Below, one piece after another: positions 35,300 to 48,169 of a stretch of DNA of 63,837 nucleotides. How positions within the stretch are numbered: position 1 is the first letter of the stretch; each line of letters starts with the position of its first letter. The notes under the pieces were generated by a model, which was given only the letters and a program-made list of their open reading frames with translations, made no database searches and was not told where the DNA came from. Location: positions 1,699,432-1,763,268 of the forward strand of contig MU057102.1 in the NCBI GenBank assembly GCA_013239625.1. The letters run 5' to 3'. Origin of the DNA: Lama guanicoe. Its lineage: Eukaryota. Both the position numbers and the translations under genes were made by a program.

Positions 35300-37210
35300 G
35301 GAGCGCCACACCCCACCCGCAACCTGGCAGGGGACGGATCTCATCTGCTCCTTGCTTGCTTGCCCCGAGCGTCTTCCTATAAAGACAGGCAGTCGTGTGT
35401 GCAGTTTCCTGTTCCCCTTCTTTATTGAGCACAAGGGAGCACGCTTTTGGGCTGCTTCACACTCAGATTTTTTTGCTTCGTAATCCCCCCTGGAAATCAC
35501 CCCACAGCGCTTCTGGGAGACCGCCCTCCTCCAGGCCGCAGCGCCCCCCTCGGGTTCCTGTAACCGCCACCGTTTTGCAGTTACGAACGTGGCTGTGATG
35601 AACACCTGTGCGCCTCTGTATGTTGTGTTGCTGGGGGCATGGCTCCAGGGTGAGTGCTGCCAGGTCGGAGGACAAACCGCACGTGGATCTGTCAGACGCG
35701 GTGCACCCATCGGGGGCGCCCGCCTGCGTCCCCGCCAGCAGTGTCCGAGCCGGCCTGCCTCCCCACGGCTCACCAGCAGGGCCTGGTGCCGAACTTCCGA
35801 GCCTCCCCCCGCCCAACGGGGGAGCAGCGGTACCTCGGCCTGGATTCCGTTTGCGTCTCTCTTCATGAGAGGGCTCGACGAGCTTTCCGGTTGTCCGGGG
35901 GCCACTTTACATCGCCTGGAGGGCTGTCTTCCTTCCAGCTTGCCCCTTTGTCTCTGATTTTTGTGCTTTTGTTTCTCAACTTTTAAAAGTTTTTTATACA
36001 CCAGAGACATTCATCTTTTACCTATGAATTAAGTTCCAGATATTTTCTCCTTTCTTTTTGTTTTTTAATTGACGTTAGTCAGTTTAAACTGTTGTGTCAC
36101 CTTCTGGTGAACAATGTGATGTTTCAATCGTACCTGTACACACATATATTTGTTCTCATATTCTGTTTCGTTACAGGTCACTCAGCTACTGAACAGAGTT
36201 CCCTGTGCTGTACAGAGAAACCTGATGTTCATCTGTTTCATACACAGTAGTTAGTGTCTGCAAATCTCTATCTCCCAATTTATCCCTCCCCACCCACAGC
36301 GCCCCCAGGAACCGTAAGTTTGTTTTCTAAGTCTGTGAGTCTGTTTCTGTTTTGTAAATAAGTTCATTTGTGTCTTTTTTTTTTTTCCAAGATCCCAAAC
36401 CGTCTCCTAGGGTAGCTTCCTTCTCTTTCGGGCTCAGCTCACTTAATGCCGCTCTCCAGGTCCCGCCACGCTGTGCAAGTGTCTCCTAGCTTGTCTTTTA
36501 TTTTGCTTATTTTTTTCATGCAAAATTTCTTTTGTTTTTTTTTTTTTTTTTTTTTTGATTTTTTTGGCGGACAAATCTATCGCTATTTTCTTTGTTGGAG
36601 CTGGGTTTCACTCACAGCTAGGCAGCCTCTCTACACTCTGCTTGCAGAAGGCTTCGCCTGCGTTTGCTCCTGGTATTTGTATATTCAAGCCGTGTACGCT
36701 TTGATCTCTGCTCCTGAGTTTTTCTTGCTCCTGGTGTGAGGAATGGATGCCATTTTATCTTCTGCCAAACGATTGTCTGCTTGTCCCAGCACCGCTTTGC
36801 CTGGCAGATCGTGATCGCTGTGGGGAACTGAAACCCGTCCTTCACCACGCGCCGGACTCCCCTGCGGCGGGTCGGCCCCCTTCCCAGCCCCGTGGCCCCG
36901 GGGTGCGCGGATCCGTGCCTGGGTCATCACGGCACCGCCTTCAGGAGGCGTCTGTGCGGCCCCGCCGCCCCGGCTCCTCGCCGCGCGCTTAGCTGTCCTT
37001 GCCTGTTTGTTTTTCCACAGGAACTTTCTATCAAGCCTTAGCTTCGTGGAAAAAAAGCTCGTTGGAATTTTTATTAGGATCACATCAAATTTATGCCCCA
37101 AACCAGGGAGAACCGACATCTTGATGATGTTGGAGCGCCCTGACTTTCTATTTTGGGTGTTTTTTGTGTCTTGCAGGAGGGCTTTATGGCTTCTTTCACA
37201 CGGACTGTGC
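35300..37210 (-). mobile_element. Old L1 ORF2 C-terminal remnant (interrupted)
   Basis: Minus-strand translations MSVLPGLGHKFDVILIKIPTSFF..RKFLWKNKQARTAK, KIKWHPFLTP..RK, SLVYKKLLK, LGHCW and VFITATFVTAKRW follow the order of L1 ORF2 motifs (MAILPK..RFNAIPIK; KFIWNQKRARIAK; LLHCWW; MFIAALFTIAKTW). Confidence 0.88.
36052..36481 (-). mobile_element. Younger artiodactyl-type L1 3' UTR inserted into the old L1
   Basis: Poly-T start, gttccctgtgctgtacag, taagtttgttttctaagtctgtgagtctgtttctgttttgtaaataagttcatttgtg; possible TSD TCTCCT at 36046-36051 and 36482-36487. Confidence 0.8.
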
Positions 37211-38859
37211 CCAGTCCTCGGTCAGCAGCCCACTGTGGGCTGGGCAGCAGGGCTCCGTTCTCTGCCCAGCCCTCCCGATCTCCCTCCCACCCCTGCCCTC
37301 TGACCTGGGTGTCCACTTTGAGGGGCCTCTTGCCTCCAGCTTCGCTTTCTGTTTGGCTGATAGGAAGGCCCTCGGAGAGCACAGGATGAGGTGAGACATT
37401 GGGGTTTATCGCCTGGCTTGCTGCCTGCCAGCCCCGGTGCCTCACTGTCCATGGTTCATTTTCTTTGACTCCCTGAAGACACCTGCAGTTTCACCCTCTT
37501 CATCACCTGCTGGTGTGGGCTACCCCCCCCCCACCTGCCCCAACCCCCAGGGTGACTGGCCCTAATAGAGCTCATCAGGATCTCCCCACGGGCATCTTTC
37601 CAGAGCCACAGGGCTGCTGAGCTGGGGGTGATGTGGTGACCGCCACATGTGCCCTTAGTGGACAGCAGCCTGCACTGGGGCAGAGAGGCTGGCCCTGCTG
37701 CACCCAGGCTTCAGTGGTACCTGGGTCTGTCCTGTCCCCGGATCCTCGGTGACCCAAGCTCATGACATCTCAGGCTGTGTTTGGTCTCGGCATCCGTAGC
37801 TGAGAGGTTGCGGTGGACTCAGACTCAGGGACACCCTTCTTGGGGGGACCACACGTCCTCCCCACCTTTCACAAGAGCCCCTCGTGCCTGGGCTGTGACC
37901 ATCCAGTCTTCAGGCACCTGCCTGCACAGGACAGATAAATGATGGCGTGGTCACCCCGTGGTCACCCGTGGCCAGTTGAGGGTCTGCACCGTGGGAACTG
38001 GAGTGACCTCCCGCAGGAGACCTCCAGTGTGGCTGTGGGCGAGGATGGAGGACACCTCGCTCACGGGGCACTTGCTCTGCGGCCAGTGCCTCACACACTT
38101 CATCTTAGCTGATTCCTGAAGCCCCTCAGGATGCCCACGGCCCCCTCCCCGCCTTACTTCACAGGTTGGGCAGGTGAGGAACTCGCCTTGCAGGCAGGGC
38201 CGGATTTGAGCCCAGATGGTTCTCTCCGCTGGCGTCTCTACCTGTGGGTTTGTCTCCGACATCCACCTGTGAGGCTGAGAAGGGGGCTGGTTTTCACCTG
38301 GATGTGGGGTGACAAGACTTGTGAGGTGTCCTGAAGACACCACGTGCTGGTTAGAGCAGGTCGCTGTGCTCTGATCGAGGGCTGGAGAACTGGCCCGCTG
38401 CCTCCCTCCCAGCCTGTCCCGGCGACAGTCCTCGGCCCCAGGCTCCTGGTTTCATCACTTGGTAGGGTGGCTCCAGAGGCACACGAAGTGCTTGAGCTGC
38501 TGAGTCTCCTCCCCAGAGCCACACTTCTGGAGCTTTTAGAAAGAGCAAGCATCTTACTTTTAAAACCGCGATTGTCTGTATTTTGTTTATTCTACACCTG
38601 CCACCAGCGTTTAACACACTGCTGCTCAGGGACCCTCCCAAGGGACCCTCCCAGGAGGGCAGGTGTTCCTCAAAAGTGCAAGTGTCTCCCCGGGAGGGCA
38701 AAAGTCCTCCTTCCCTGAACAAACACTGTGCACCTGCTGTGCATCATGCGTGCACCATGAGGGTACTTTGTAAGCCTCCCCACCCAAAAGCGGCAAGTGT
38801 CTCATTCAGTTAATATCTACTGAGAGTTTATCCTAAACCAGGGGCTGTAGTGTACGTCC

Positions 38860-39010
38860 AGTAACTCATTTGGTCTTCAAGCCAACCCTCTGGGGTAGAT
38901 ACTATGATCATCTCGATTCCACAGATGAGGAGCAGAAGCCCAGAGAGGTTCAGAAAGTTGCCTGGAGACACACAGCGAGGAAGCATCAGAGCTGACTTGT
39001 ATGCTTCTTA
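38860..39010 (-). mobile_element. MIR SINE fragment
   Basis: caaccctctggggtagatactat...acagatgaggagcagaagcccagagaggtt...ttgcctggagacacacagc. Confidence 0.72.
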
Positions 39011-42000
39011 CTGACAGCCTGCCTCCTGGGTCACACTGTCTACTGTGCTGTGTAAACTGGCAGTTGCACACTCAGGCCCAGCGATGCCCTTTGGAGAGGA
39101 CCCCGGCTCCCTCAGACCAGGCGTGGCCGCCCCTCCCGGCAGGCAGCCCCGCCCCGCCCTCGCCCTCGTGCTGCTGCACCAGCTCGGAGGGTGGGTCACC
39201 GCAGCCCCCCTCTAGCTTGCACCCGCCCGTCAGGCTGGAGGCGGGCAGTCCAGCCTCTGTCTAGGTTCCAAGCGGCCGCCCCTCTGTCCGCAGCAAGCCC
39301 AGGGAGGAGGCTCGGCGGCAAACACAGCGCACTGACGCTGGCAGAAGCGCCTGCGAAGCTCCGTGGACGCGACAGCTGCTCTCCTGCGGTGCTGGGGACG
39401 CGGGCCCCCAGCAGCTCCGGGCCCCGCCTGCCCACCCAGCTGCGGAGGCCGGTCGCGCTGGGCGGGGGCTGCGCAAGGAGATGTTTGGTTCGAGCCCCTG
39501 CGTGAGGCTAGTCCAGCTCGGCAAGGGACGGGCGGGCCCCTTCCCGCGCACAGCTGTTTTCAGGGACCCAGGGGGTCCCCTCATCCGATACCAGAGGCCC
39601 GTCCTGAGCGCTGTTCCCGCAAACTCACGCAGGATCCAGGAAGGGGTGCGGGCAGGGTCCAGGGCCTGTCCCTCTCACGGGGAGCTTCCTGTCCAGCAGA
39701 CAGTCACGGGGAGGGGACTTGGGACCGCGAGTCCCAGGACACAGCTCAGTGCCGACGACTGCCCGGAGGACCCAGCGCCAGCTCGCAAGCCGGGGCCCGC
39801 AGCCACCCTGCCGGAGCGCTCCTGAGAGACCGGCAAGCCGGGGGCTGTGCCCACGCGCGGGGCTGGCGCCTGGTTGGGCCATCCACCTCCGAACGGAGAA
39901 CTCGCTGCTCGTGGGGGCTGCTCTGCTGACCCCCTGGTTCTCCAAAGCCCCTTGCCCCACCCCGGGGTCATGGAGCACAGGGTAAGGGCGGGGCTGAAGA
40001 CCCACAAGAACTAGGGCCCCTGACCTCCCCAGTCTTTCACTTGGTGGCAGGAGGGCCTGTGTGCAGGCTGGTCTTTGGGGACCACACGGCCAGAGGGTGG
40101 GTCACAGCATCTGACTTGGAGGTGGGTTTGGCAGGAGGCGGCATGAAAGGAAGCAGGGTGGGAGCAGAGGGAGAGCGCATGGCCTTGGGGCTGAGACGAG
40201 ACCTTCCTTGGCCCCTGAGCTCCCTGGGGGCCAGGCCCAGTGGGAGCTGTATTTTAGGGCATCGGTGATTGAGCTTCTGGCCTCATAAGGAGGGATACAG
40301 CAAGAAGCCTGCGGGCTTAGCCACACTGGAAATGAAAGACTGTGCACACAGGAACGTCAGAGCTTCAAGTACTCATTGCTGCCCAGTCCTCCCCGACACC
40401 CTGTCCTGCGGCGGCTGGGAGCAGCTGGGAGCCCAGGGTTGATGCTAAACCTTGAGCCACAAGGATGGGAATTCAGTCCAAACAGTTGCTGGCACCTGCA
40501 CCTCCGAGACCTCGTGGAAATTGGATGATCAGCTTTCACTGGCTTCACTGGAGTATCATTTCCTTCTCTTCTGAAATCAATTTCACCAAAGCCAAAGCTT
40601 TAGATCAGGTTAAACAGCTACTGAAACACGAGGGATGGAATCAACCAGCCAACAGCAAGCTTTCTCTGGAACTGACTGCAGCAGAAAGGGAGGTGTCAAA
40701 GCACTGGGAACCACAGATGGTTCCACGGCCTCAGGATGGAGCAGGGCCATGCTTTATTCATCAGTCCCTGACACAGAGGGGTAGCAGGAAATGCTAGCGA
40801 CTGGCCGTGAGCACATGCTGGTGAACGCATGAATAGACGTATGGACAAATGGGTGTCAAGAAGAGAGCCTATTAACCTCCACCGTGGGTATGATGACGCT
40901 GGCCTTGCCTGCCTCGGAGGTGTGAACCGAGGGCCCAGTGAAGCATCACCGTGCAAGGCGAAAGGCAGAGGAGCCGGTCAAGTCCTGGAGCAGCGGAGGG
41001 AGGAGCTTCCGCCCAGGGCCGGGGTTCTTTCAGGGGAGAGTCACAAAACTTTTCCCGTGTTTTCGTGAGGTCCCGCCCCCAGCCTGGGGGCAGGAATACC
41101 AGGTGAGGCCCTAACAAGGGGCCAACGGTGAGGCAGAGACAGGAAGAGTGAGGGGAGCAAATTCCAAGGGCGCTGCTGACTCTGACCTTGAAGTCTGGCC
41201 ATTGTGAGGCCCCAGAGAGCTCCCGGGCCCTCCTCTGGGGAGCAAGGGGACCCTGTGAGAGGCTGGCCATCACGCCTGGGCTAGGCCAGAGGCAGGATGC
41301 TGTGGTCTGCTGCGCAGGGTGGGCCAGGGGCCCAGGAGACGAGCGAGGCTAGGGAGGGGCCCCAGGCCAGCATGCGTTGCAGGTGTCCCAGGCATCGTGG
41401 CTGTACCACTGGGGGGATGACCAGATTTGTGCCACAGACTCTTCGGAGGGAAAGGGGCTGTGACTTCCCCCTACCCTGGGGGGGCTAGAGAGGCAGCATC
41501 TACCAGGTAATTGTCAGCTGAGTGCAGGTGTCCCCACCGCAGCCCTGAACGGGCTCTCTGGCTGTGGCTGGTGCAGGAGGCAGCGGGCAGGGGTGCTCCC
41601 GCCACTTGCTGACCAGCCACAGGGCGGGGAGCTGGAGCCGGGGCGGGAGGAGGGGGGAGGCTGCTCCTCCTGGGCTGGGGGTCAGTGCCACACAGAGGGT
41701 TCGCCCTGGGACCACTGGCCAGCGAGTGGAGCCCTGGGTCATTGGTAACTGTGCTCGGGGCTGCCAGAAATGTGTGTTGGTCTCCATCAGCCTCCACGGG
41801 ACCTCCAGCAGGCAGAATGCCACATCTGGCTCCTTCCTTTTCTGATTACAAATCCTACTGCAGAGACTTGGGAAAACAGAAGAAGAGGCAATGAACATAA
41901 AAAATCGCCTGCACTCCACCCTGTGCACTCGTGGCCGCGACCGCGGCAGAAGCCCCCCCGGGCTGTGACCTGGGTGGGCAGGGACAAGGCTCTTGAGACT

Positions 42001-43559
42001 GGCATCAGGTCATCCTCAATCCCTGTCCTTAGGTTGCAGATGAACTGAAAATCCATGGTGCTCTGGAAGCTTCTGGACTTCAACTACGTGGTGAAAAGCA
42101 CAAATGTGGGAGAGGGGAGGTCCCAGGCACCAGCTGAGAGATCCCCGACTAACTTGGGGGTCTCTGGTGGCTTGCTCCCCAGCCATCCTCTGGGACAACG
42201 GGGACAACCCCCAGTTGTGCTGCAGGGGGGCTGAGGGCAAGCACGGCCAGCACCCGCCCTGCTGCTAGACCCCCAGGGCCCCTTACTGGGTGGTCTGGGG
42301 AGCGGGTGGAGGTGGCGCCTGCAGGGCCAGCACACAAGCCCTGCACACAAGGCTCCCTTGCAGATGTGAGCATAGACCACTCCTAGAGACCCTCCTTCTC
42401 GACTGACAGGGAGAAGATGGGGGTCTGGGGCCCAGGGAGGGACAAGCTTGCCTGAGGTCACATGCTGACATCAGGACCTGGCTCTGAGCGTGGGGCTCAC
42501 GGTGGAGGAGAAAGCCAGCTGGGCCACGTGCAGAGGGGCACGATGCTTTCTGGTGTCATCATGACTTTCTTATTCCCTGGGAAAGAAGAGATGAAAGCCA
42601 CACCAGCTGGGTTTAAGACGGAGGTTTAAGTGTTTTGATTTAAACCGTCCCATAATTGGGGAGAAGTTCGCACCGGTCAACACAACCTGCCTGGGGGCCA
42701 TTCCTACATCACCTGGACTGGACTGGACTGGGCTCTGAGCCCATGTGAACAATTCGAGGCTGTGAGCCCAGACCACTCCCACCCTCTCTCGTCTTCATTG
42801 CGTCCTGGGGCCGAGGAGTTCGAGGAAAGGCACATTCTTGCTTCTCGGGAGCCTGAAGGAGCAGCCTCGGGGAGGGGCAGCCCCAGGCCTGTGGGTGGCT
42901 TGGGCACAGCCCTGAGTCTAGCTCACCCCAGCCTTCCCTACGGCCACATCCTGCATCCACAGCCATATCCACCTTGAGGGAGAGCGCCGGCCTGAGCACC
43001 GGGGCTGGATGGGGGGTGAGGACAAAGCGCGATGACTGCCGGTCAGACTGTGGGCCTGACACTCTGGGCCCCAGCATGAAGTCTGTCTGTGCCCCTTGCC
43101 ACCAGCCGAGTGCCCTCCATGGAAAATCACTCAGCACTCCGTGCCTCAGTCTCCTCTCTGTACAATGGGAGTGAAGACTTGCTTATCTCTCAGAGTGAAA
43201 CACAACGTGCTTGGCACGTGCTGGTGATGGAGCCCCTCCTCCCCCTCCCTGTTCGTCTCCCTTTGTCGCTGTTGTCCTTACTGAGGGGCCTGGCGGGTGG
43301 GGAGAGAGGACTGGGGGGTGCCGTGCAGAGGCCGCCCTGGATGTGCCCCGGCAGGATCATCGGTCAGGGTGTGTTTGCTACAGGGTGGGGGGAGGGGGAC
43401 GGGAGGGGTTTCGGTCCCCTCCCACGGCGCCCTCAGAGCCGCTGTCCCCCGGAGGGGTGCATGCCGGCGTGTGGTCCTAGACATCGGGACAGGCGTGGTC
43501 TGAGCCAGGAGGGCTGGCTCTCCCCCCTCCTGCTGCTGCGCAGGCTGGGCAGGCACCCC

Positions 43560-44130
43560 CAGCTCCCGGCCCGCCCCCTCCCCTAAAGACGGAGCCTAGC
43601 GCAGGGGTTCAGGCGAGATGCCCTCCCCGCCCCTTGGACTCCCCGGGCAGACGACAGGGCCGAGCGGGCTCCCTCCTTCAAGACACCTTTGCCAGCAAGA
43701 CGCCCAGCGGGAGGCCGGCGGCGCGCGCTGGCACGTGGTGGTCGGTCGGGACAGGGTTTAAGTCGCTTCCACTGACCGCGCTGTTTGCTCACCTCTTCCT
43801 CCCGTTTCATCAGCTGCGTTGCATTGTTTGGGGGGTTGATCCTTTAAAAATAAGCGATTAACCAGACCCCTTCCTGGAGCGCCTGCCGCGCGGCTGCGGG
43901 CGACCGTCCCGCGGCGGGTGGGTCGGCTTGCCTCGGCGGCCCCGCGAGGGGAGCCCGGAGCCGGGGCCCCCAACATCGGCCCGCGGCGGAGGGCGACCGG
44001 CTCCGGCTCCGGGGCCGGAAAGAGGCGGCGCCGCCAGCAGCCCTGTGGCGAGGCCGCGTGCCGCCCAGTGCGCGCACTTCGCGTGCGTTCTCTTACTTCA
44101 CCCTTGCAAGAACGCAGTCGGGAAGGTTCT
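43560..44130. promoter_or_regulatory. Orphan CpG island, candidate distal promoter or enhancer
   Basis: Dense CpG/CGCG; CACGTG E-box near 43732; central AT-rich core (tttaaaaataagcgattaa); CCGGAA ETS-like site near 44015; TGCGCGCA near 44069. No recognisable CDS or repeat. Confidence 0.65.
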
Positions 44131-47100
44131 TCCCCCACTTAATCGACGAGGAAATGGGGCTCAAAACAGTGCCTGCGGTGAAGACAGTCGCTGTTCCCTC
44201 CCCCTGCCCGCTGCCCTCCACCGGCCTGCACGGCACCCTCAGCCCAGCCCACCCTTGCCGGGAGGGCCCCAGCTTCCTCAGAGGGCAAAGGAGGCCGTTG
44301 CCTTGGCAACGAGGTCCTTCCGCCTCCCTGGGCAGGGCTGGCTTCATTGCCCAAAGCCCCTCCCGAGACCTCCTCTGGGGCACAGCTTAGCCCAGTGTCC
44401 ACAGAGCCTCGAGGGACGCAGGGCTCTGGGCCCCACGCGGGGCCCCCACCCTTGGGGGCCGTGGGTGGAATTTGAAGCTCCAGAAGTATTCTTAAAAAGC
44501 ACCCATGCGGCTTGGTTAAAACTCCTAAAATAATTGCAGTCAAGCAATTACTCCCTTTAAAGGCGTTTGGAGGTGTTGAGATCCAGGCTCACATTTTTCG
44601 TGATGAAAGCAAGCCCCTTTGTGCTGCGGAGCCCGGGGCGGGGGCGGCTCGGCATTGGTGCGCCCCTCCCCTCTTCTTGGCGCCCACTCCTCCCAGCCGT
44701 GCCTGGAGCCTGAGGATACGAGGAAAGGCAAAGGGAGGAGGAAGGCAGCACTTTCTCAGGTCCCAGCAGAGGAGGAGCCTTTGCAGGGAAGGCGTTTCCC
44801 CGACGGCACCTGGCTTGCCAGCGACTGCATCCCACTCCAGCCCCTCTGCCTCGGTCAGGGAGGGCAGCCAGGGGACGTGCTGAGGGGGCAGGTCCACCGT
44901 CTCTGTGTCCCCCCACCCCCTTCCTGTCTCTCTCCCTCCTTTCACTCCTCACAAGGCACCTCCTCTGCGCTCACATTTAAAATCAGCAGGGATACAAGGC
45001 AGCCCCTGCCCTCGGGAGCTCCAAGAGACAGACAGACCACATGGGGTGGGGTTGTGACAAGGAGGGCCGGGGTGCGGGAACAGAGGGGGTGCCTGTCACT
45101 ACCTCTGGGACCCAGGGAGCCTTTCTAGAGGAGGCAGGTGAAACACAGGTTACCCTGTGGCCAGGCCCCCTCCCTCCCCCAGGGCCTGGCCAACAGAATG
45201 AGTGGAGGGAACAGACTGTGTCCTGAGTCCGAGCCTCGAGAGGCCACACTTGCTTCTGCACGTCAACCTTCTGGAGCCTCTGACCTCCCCTGTGAGGAGG
45301 GCCTGCCCGGGGGGACGGGGACGGGCACAGCAATGCTGACGTGAGCCCACAGCCTGGATCCCCAGCTGCGCTTAGCTCAGAGTAGCCAAGCCCTAGCCAA
45401 GCACAGGCTTGTGAGTAAGAAGCAAATGCTCTGTCGTAAGCCTCTGAGTTGTGATGGTTTGTTACTCAGCATTACCGAGACCAGAGCTAACCTATGCAAA
45501 GTGACACTTGTTCTACACTCTTACATCCAGCAGGGGTGGCTGGGTGCAGAGGGCACCCCAGGCAAAGTAAAAGATGCAAACAGGGAAGGAGTGTGCTGGG
45601 CTTCAACTGGGGGTCTGGGCCCCACCTGGGCTCTAGAGGGAGGAGGGAGGGGACATCCTCAGGGTCTGCCCCACCAGGGTGGGGGATGCACCAAACCAGG
45701 GAGACTTTCCCCTGCCCACCCCCCACCCACCGGGCTCTGCTGGGCCTTCTCCCTCGGAGCCCATCTCTTACCTAAAGACTTCTCTTTGGGGTCCCCCATC
45801 TCCTGTGATCTCCCCATGAGGAGTGTGGACTGCAGCCCAAAGTGATGAGACTCGATTCTCCACCCAGCCCCCACCTCTGGGCCTGGCCTGTGCTGTCCCC
45901 TCCACCTGGAAGGACAGCCCCCTCCTTGCCCCTCCTTCCCACAGTCCCCTCTGCCTGTGACACTCCACATCCTTCAGAACCTCGCTCACATGCCACCCTT
46001 GGTAGGACAGGTCTCCCACTGGCCAGCAGTCGCCTCAGCCTCCCGAGTGGGCAGCTCTCCACCTCTGTCCAAAGGCCTCGAGCACTTTCTGTCTCGTGAC
46101 AAAATCAGGCATCGGTCAGAGTGACACTGCTGCCCAGACGCTCAGATGCCGTGTACCTGGGCCACCAGGGCACGTGCAGGGCGCAGAGTCCCAGGTCACA
46201 CCGCCAGAGCACCGGCTCCATTTGGTCCAAAGGTGGGGCTAACCCTGGGGCCCGTGTCTGCTCAGCTGCGCACACAGAGAAGCAGTGACCCAGGCCACCA
46301 GGACGGCCAGCGGTGGCCTCACCCCCGCACCCCACGCACACCCGGCGGGGCACGCAGCGGGCTGTTTGTCCAGTGACGCTGGCCTTCTCCAGCACCAGAG
46401 CTCTGTGCCCAGAGGACATTCCAAGCTGTCAGCTTTGGAGATGAAGAAAAATGGGCTGTTTCGCCCTTTAGAAGAAACACTCCATTTTGGCCCCATTACT
46501 TGGCTAACTTACTCCACTGCGGCCTGGACCCCTGCCTGGGACCCAGGAGGGTGGAGGGAACACAGACCCAAGGGGTGCAGGCCCGCAGGCCCTCCTCGTG
46601 GGCTCTGGGCGGACTTCTGCCTGCCTGCTGCCCCATAAGCTGTCAGGCACCCCCCCGCCAGGATCCCCCCAGGATGCGTCCAGGATGTGGGTCCTGATGG
46701 GCCAGGCTGCCAGGATGGGCTGATTCCTGATACTCAAAGGCTTAAGGGTCACTCAGCCAGGGCATTAGGAGACCTCCCCTGCTCCCACTCCCCCCAGCCC
46801 TGCAGGTCCCAGCCCCCCAGGGGGCTGGCCGAAGCCTGGGATTCCTCCTTCAGCCTTGCTTCCTCCTACAAGAACCAAACACATTCCCTGCACACTCATG
46901 TCCTGGAGTCACAGACCCTGTCTGACCCTCGGGGCCCTGCGCACCTGTCAAGGTTACCCCTTCTCCTCCCAGCCCCGACCCCGACCACAGCCCAGGAGCC
47001 AGCAGCTCCCGCAAGGCCGTGCCCCACCCAAGATCCAGACAGTCTGCACCAGCCACGAGGCTGCTCCTGGGTGAGCTGGGGGCCGCAGGGTCACGGCTGC

Positions 47101-47284
47101 AAACAAGGTCCAGGTTCCCGTCCCTGGGCTCGTAAACACCAAGGAGCAGACGTGTGGTTAAATCCAAAGAATGAAATCTGGTCCACTCCAGTTTCTAATA
47201 GCATTTGTTTTTCAAACAGCCTGCAGCCCTCAGCACGGAGAGTGGAAATTTTATGCCTTGGAAGAGAGACCTTTCACTCCCGGG

Positions 47285-47600
47285 CCTTAAACAAAAAAGC
47301 CTGAATCTTTCCAAAACAAATTAACTCCCAATTAGCCAGCTTGTCTCAAAAGGGAGAAAAAGTGGAAAGTAAACATCACTTGATTCCTTCCATGTATTTA
47401 AACATTACTTTTAACAATAAGAGCAGATATTTACACACACAGGCGTTAAAACCCGAGGGCTGAGCAATTAGCCCTGCCTTCCAAAGCACCGTTTACTGAC
47501 TTGTTAAGGAAAGCACCAATTTCTCAGATAAATAAACCATTCTGAGCTCGGCTGTAAACTGATTTTTTACATTTACTTAAATTACACCACGACTATTCCA
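47285..47600. promoter_or_regulatory. AT-rich island with clustered forkhead, homeodomain and SOX motifs (candidate enhancer)
   Basis: GTAAACA 47369, TATTTAC 47428, ATAAATA 47528, CAATTA 47329 and 47465, AACAAT 47413. Confidence 0.5.
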
Positions 47601-48169
47601 GGACATTCTTATTTTATCTCTTCGGGAGAACAGAAACGAAAGCTCTAGCTCACAAATTTGCTTTCCTTGCCTCCGCCTTAAGATGCACTCAGTCCTCGAT
47701 TCACTCATTCTCAAATCTCTCCCGTGTCTGCTGTGTCCCGGGCGCCGTGCTGGGCGCCGGGGTGTGCGTTGGTGGGTACAACTCTGCAGATCTCTCTGCA
47801 CTTGCTGTCCTGCTTCCAGCCCACCTCAGAGACCAGAGAAATGGAAGCTGTGCCTAAGTCCGAGGCAGGGCCGCAAAGCGGGGCCGTGCGCCCTCCAAAG
47901 ACCCAGACTGCGCGGTCCGCGTGGGACGGAACTGAGGAAGGCCCGCCCGACACAGGCAAAGCCAGAAGGGGGAAGGCAGGGCGACCGGGAGGACACAGAG
48001 GCGAGAAAGGCCCCGGACCGGGGACAAGCAGGCGCAGGGGAGGTGGGCGGTGACGGGGCGGGAGTGAGCGCAGCTGGGGAGGCGCGGGCCGTGCCTCGTG
48101 AGCTGCGGGGAGTCGGCTGGGCTTTGGGGCAGTCAGGGAACTGTTCGAGTGAAGGCTGTTCATTCTCCT

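Noticed and set aside
35267-37119. 247-aa and 144-aa minus-strand ORFs as host genes
   Set aside because: They are decayed L1 ORF2 fragments with frameshifts and a nested insertion.
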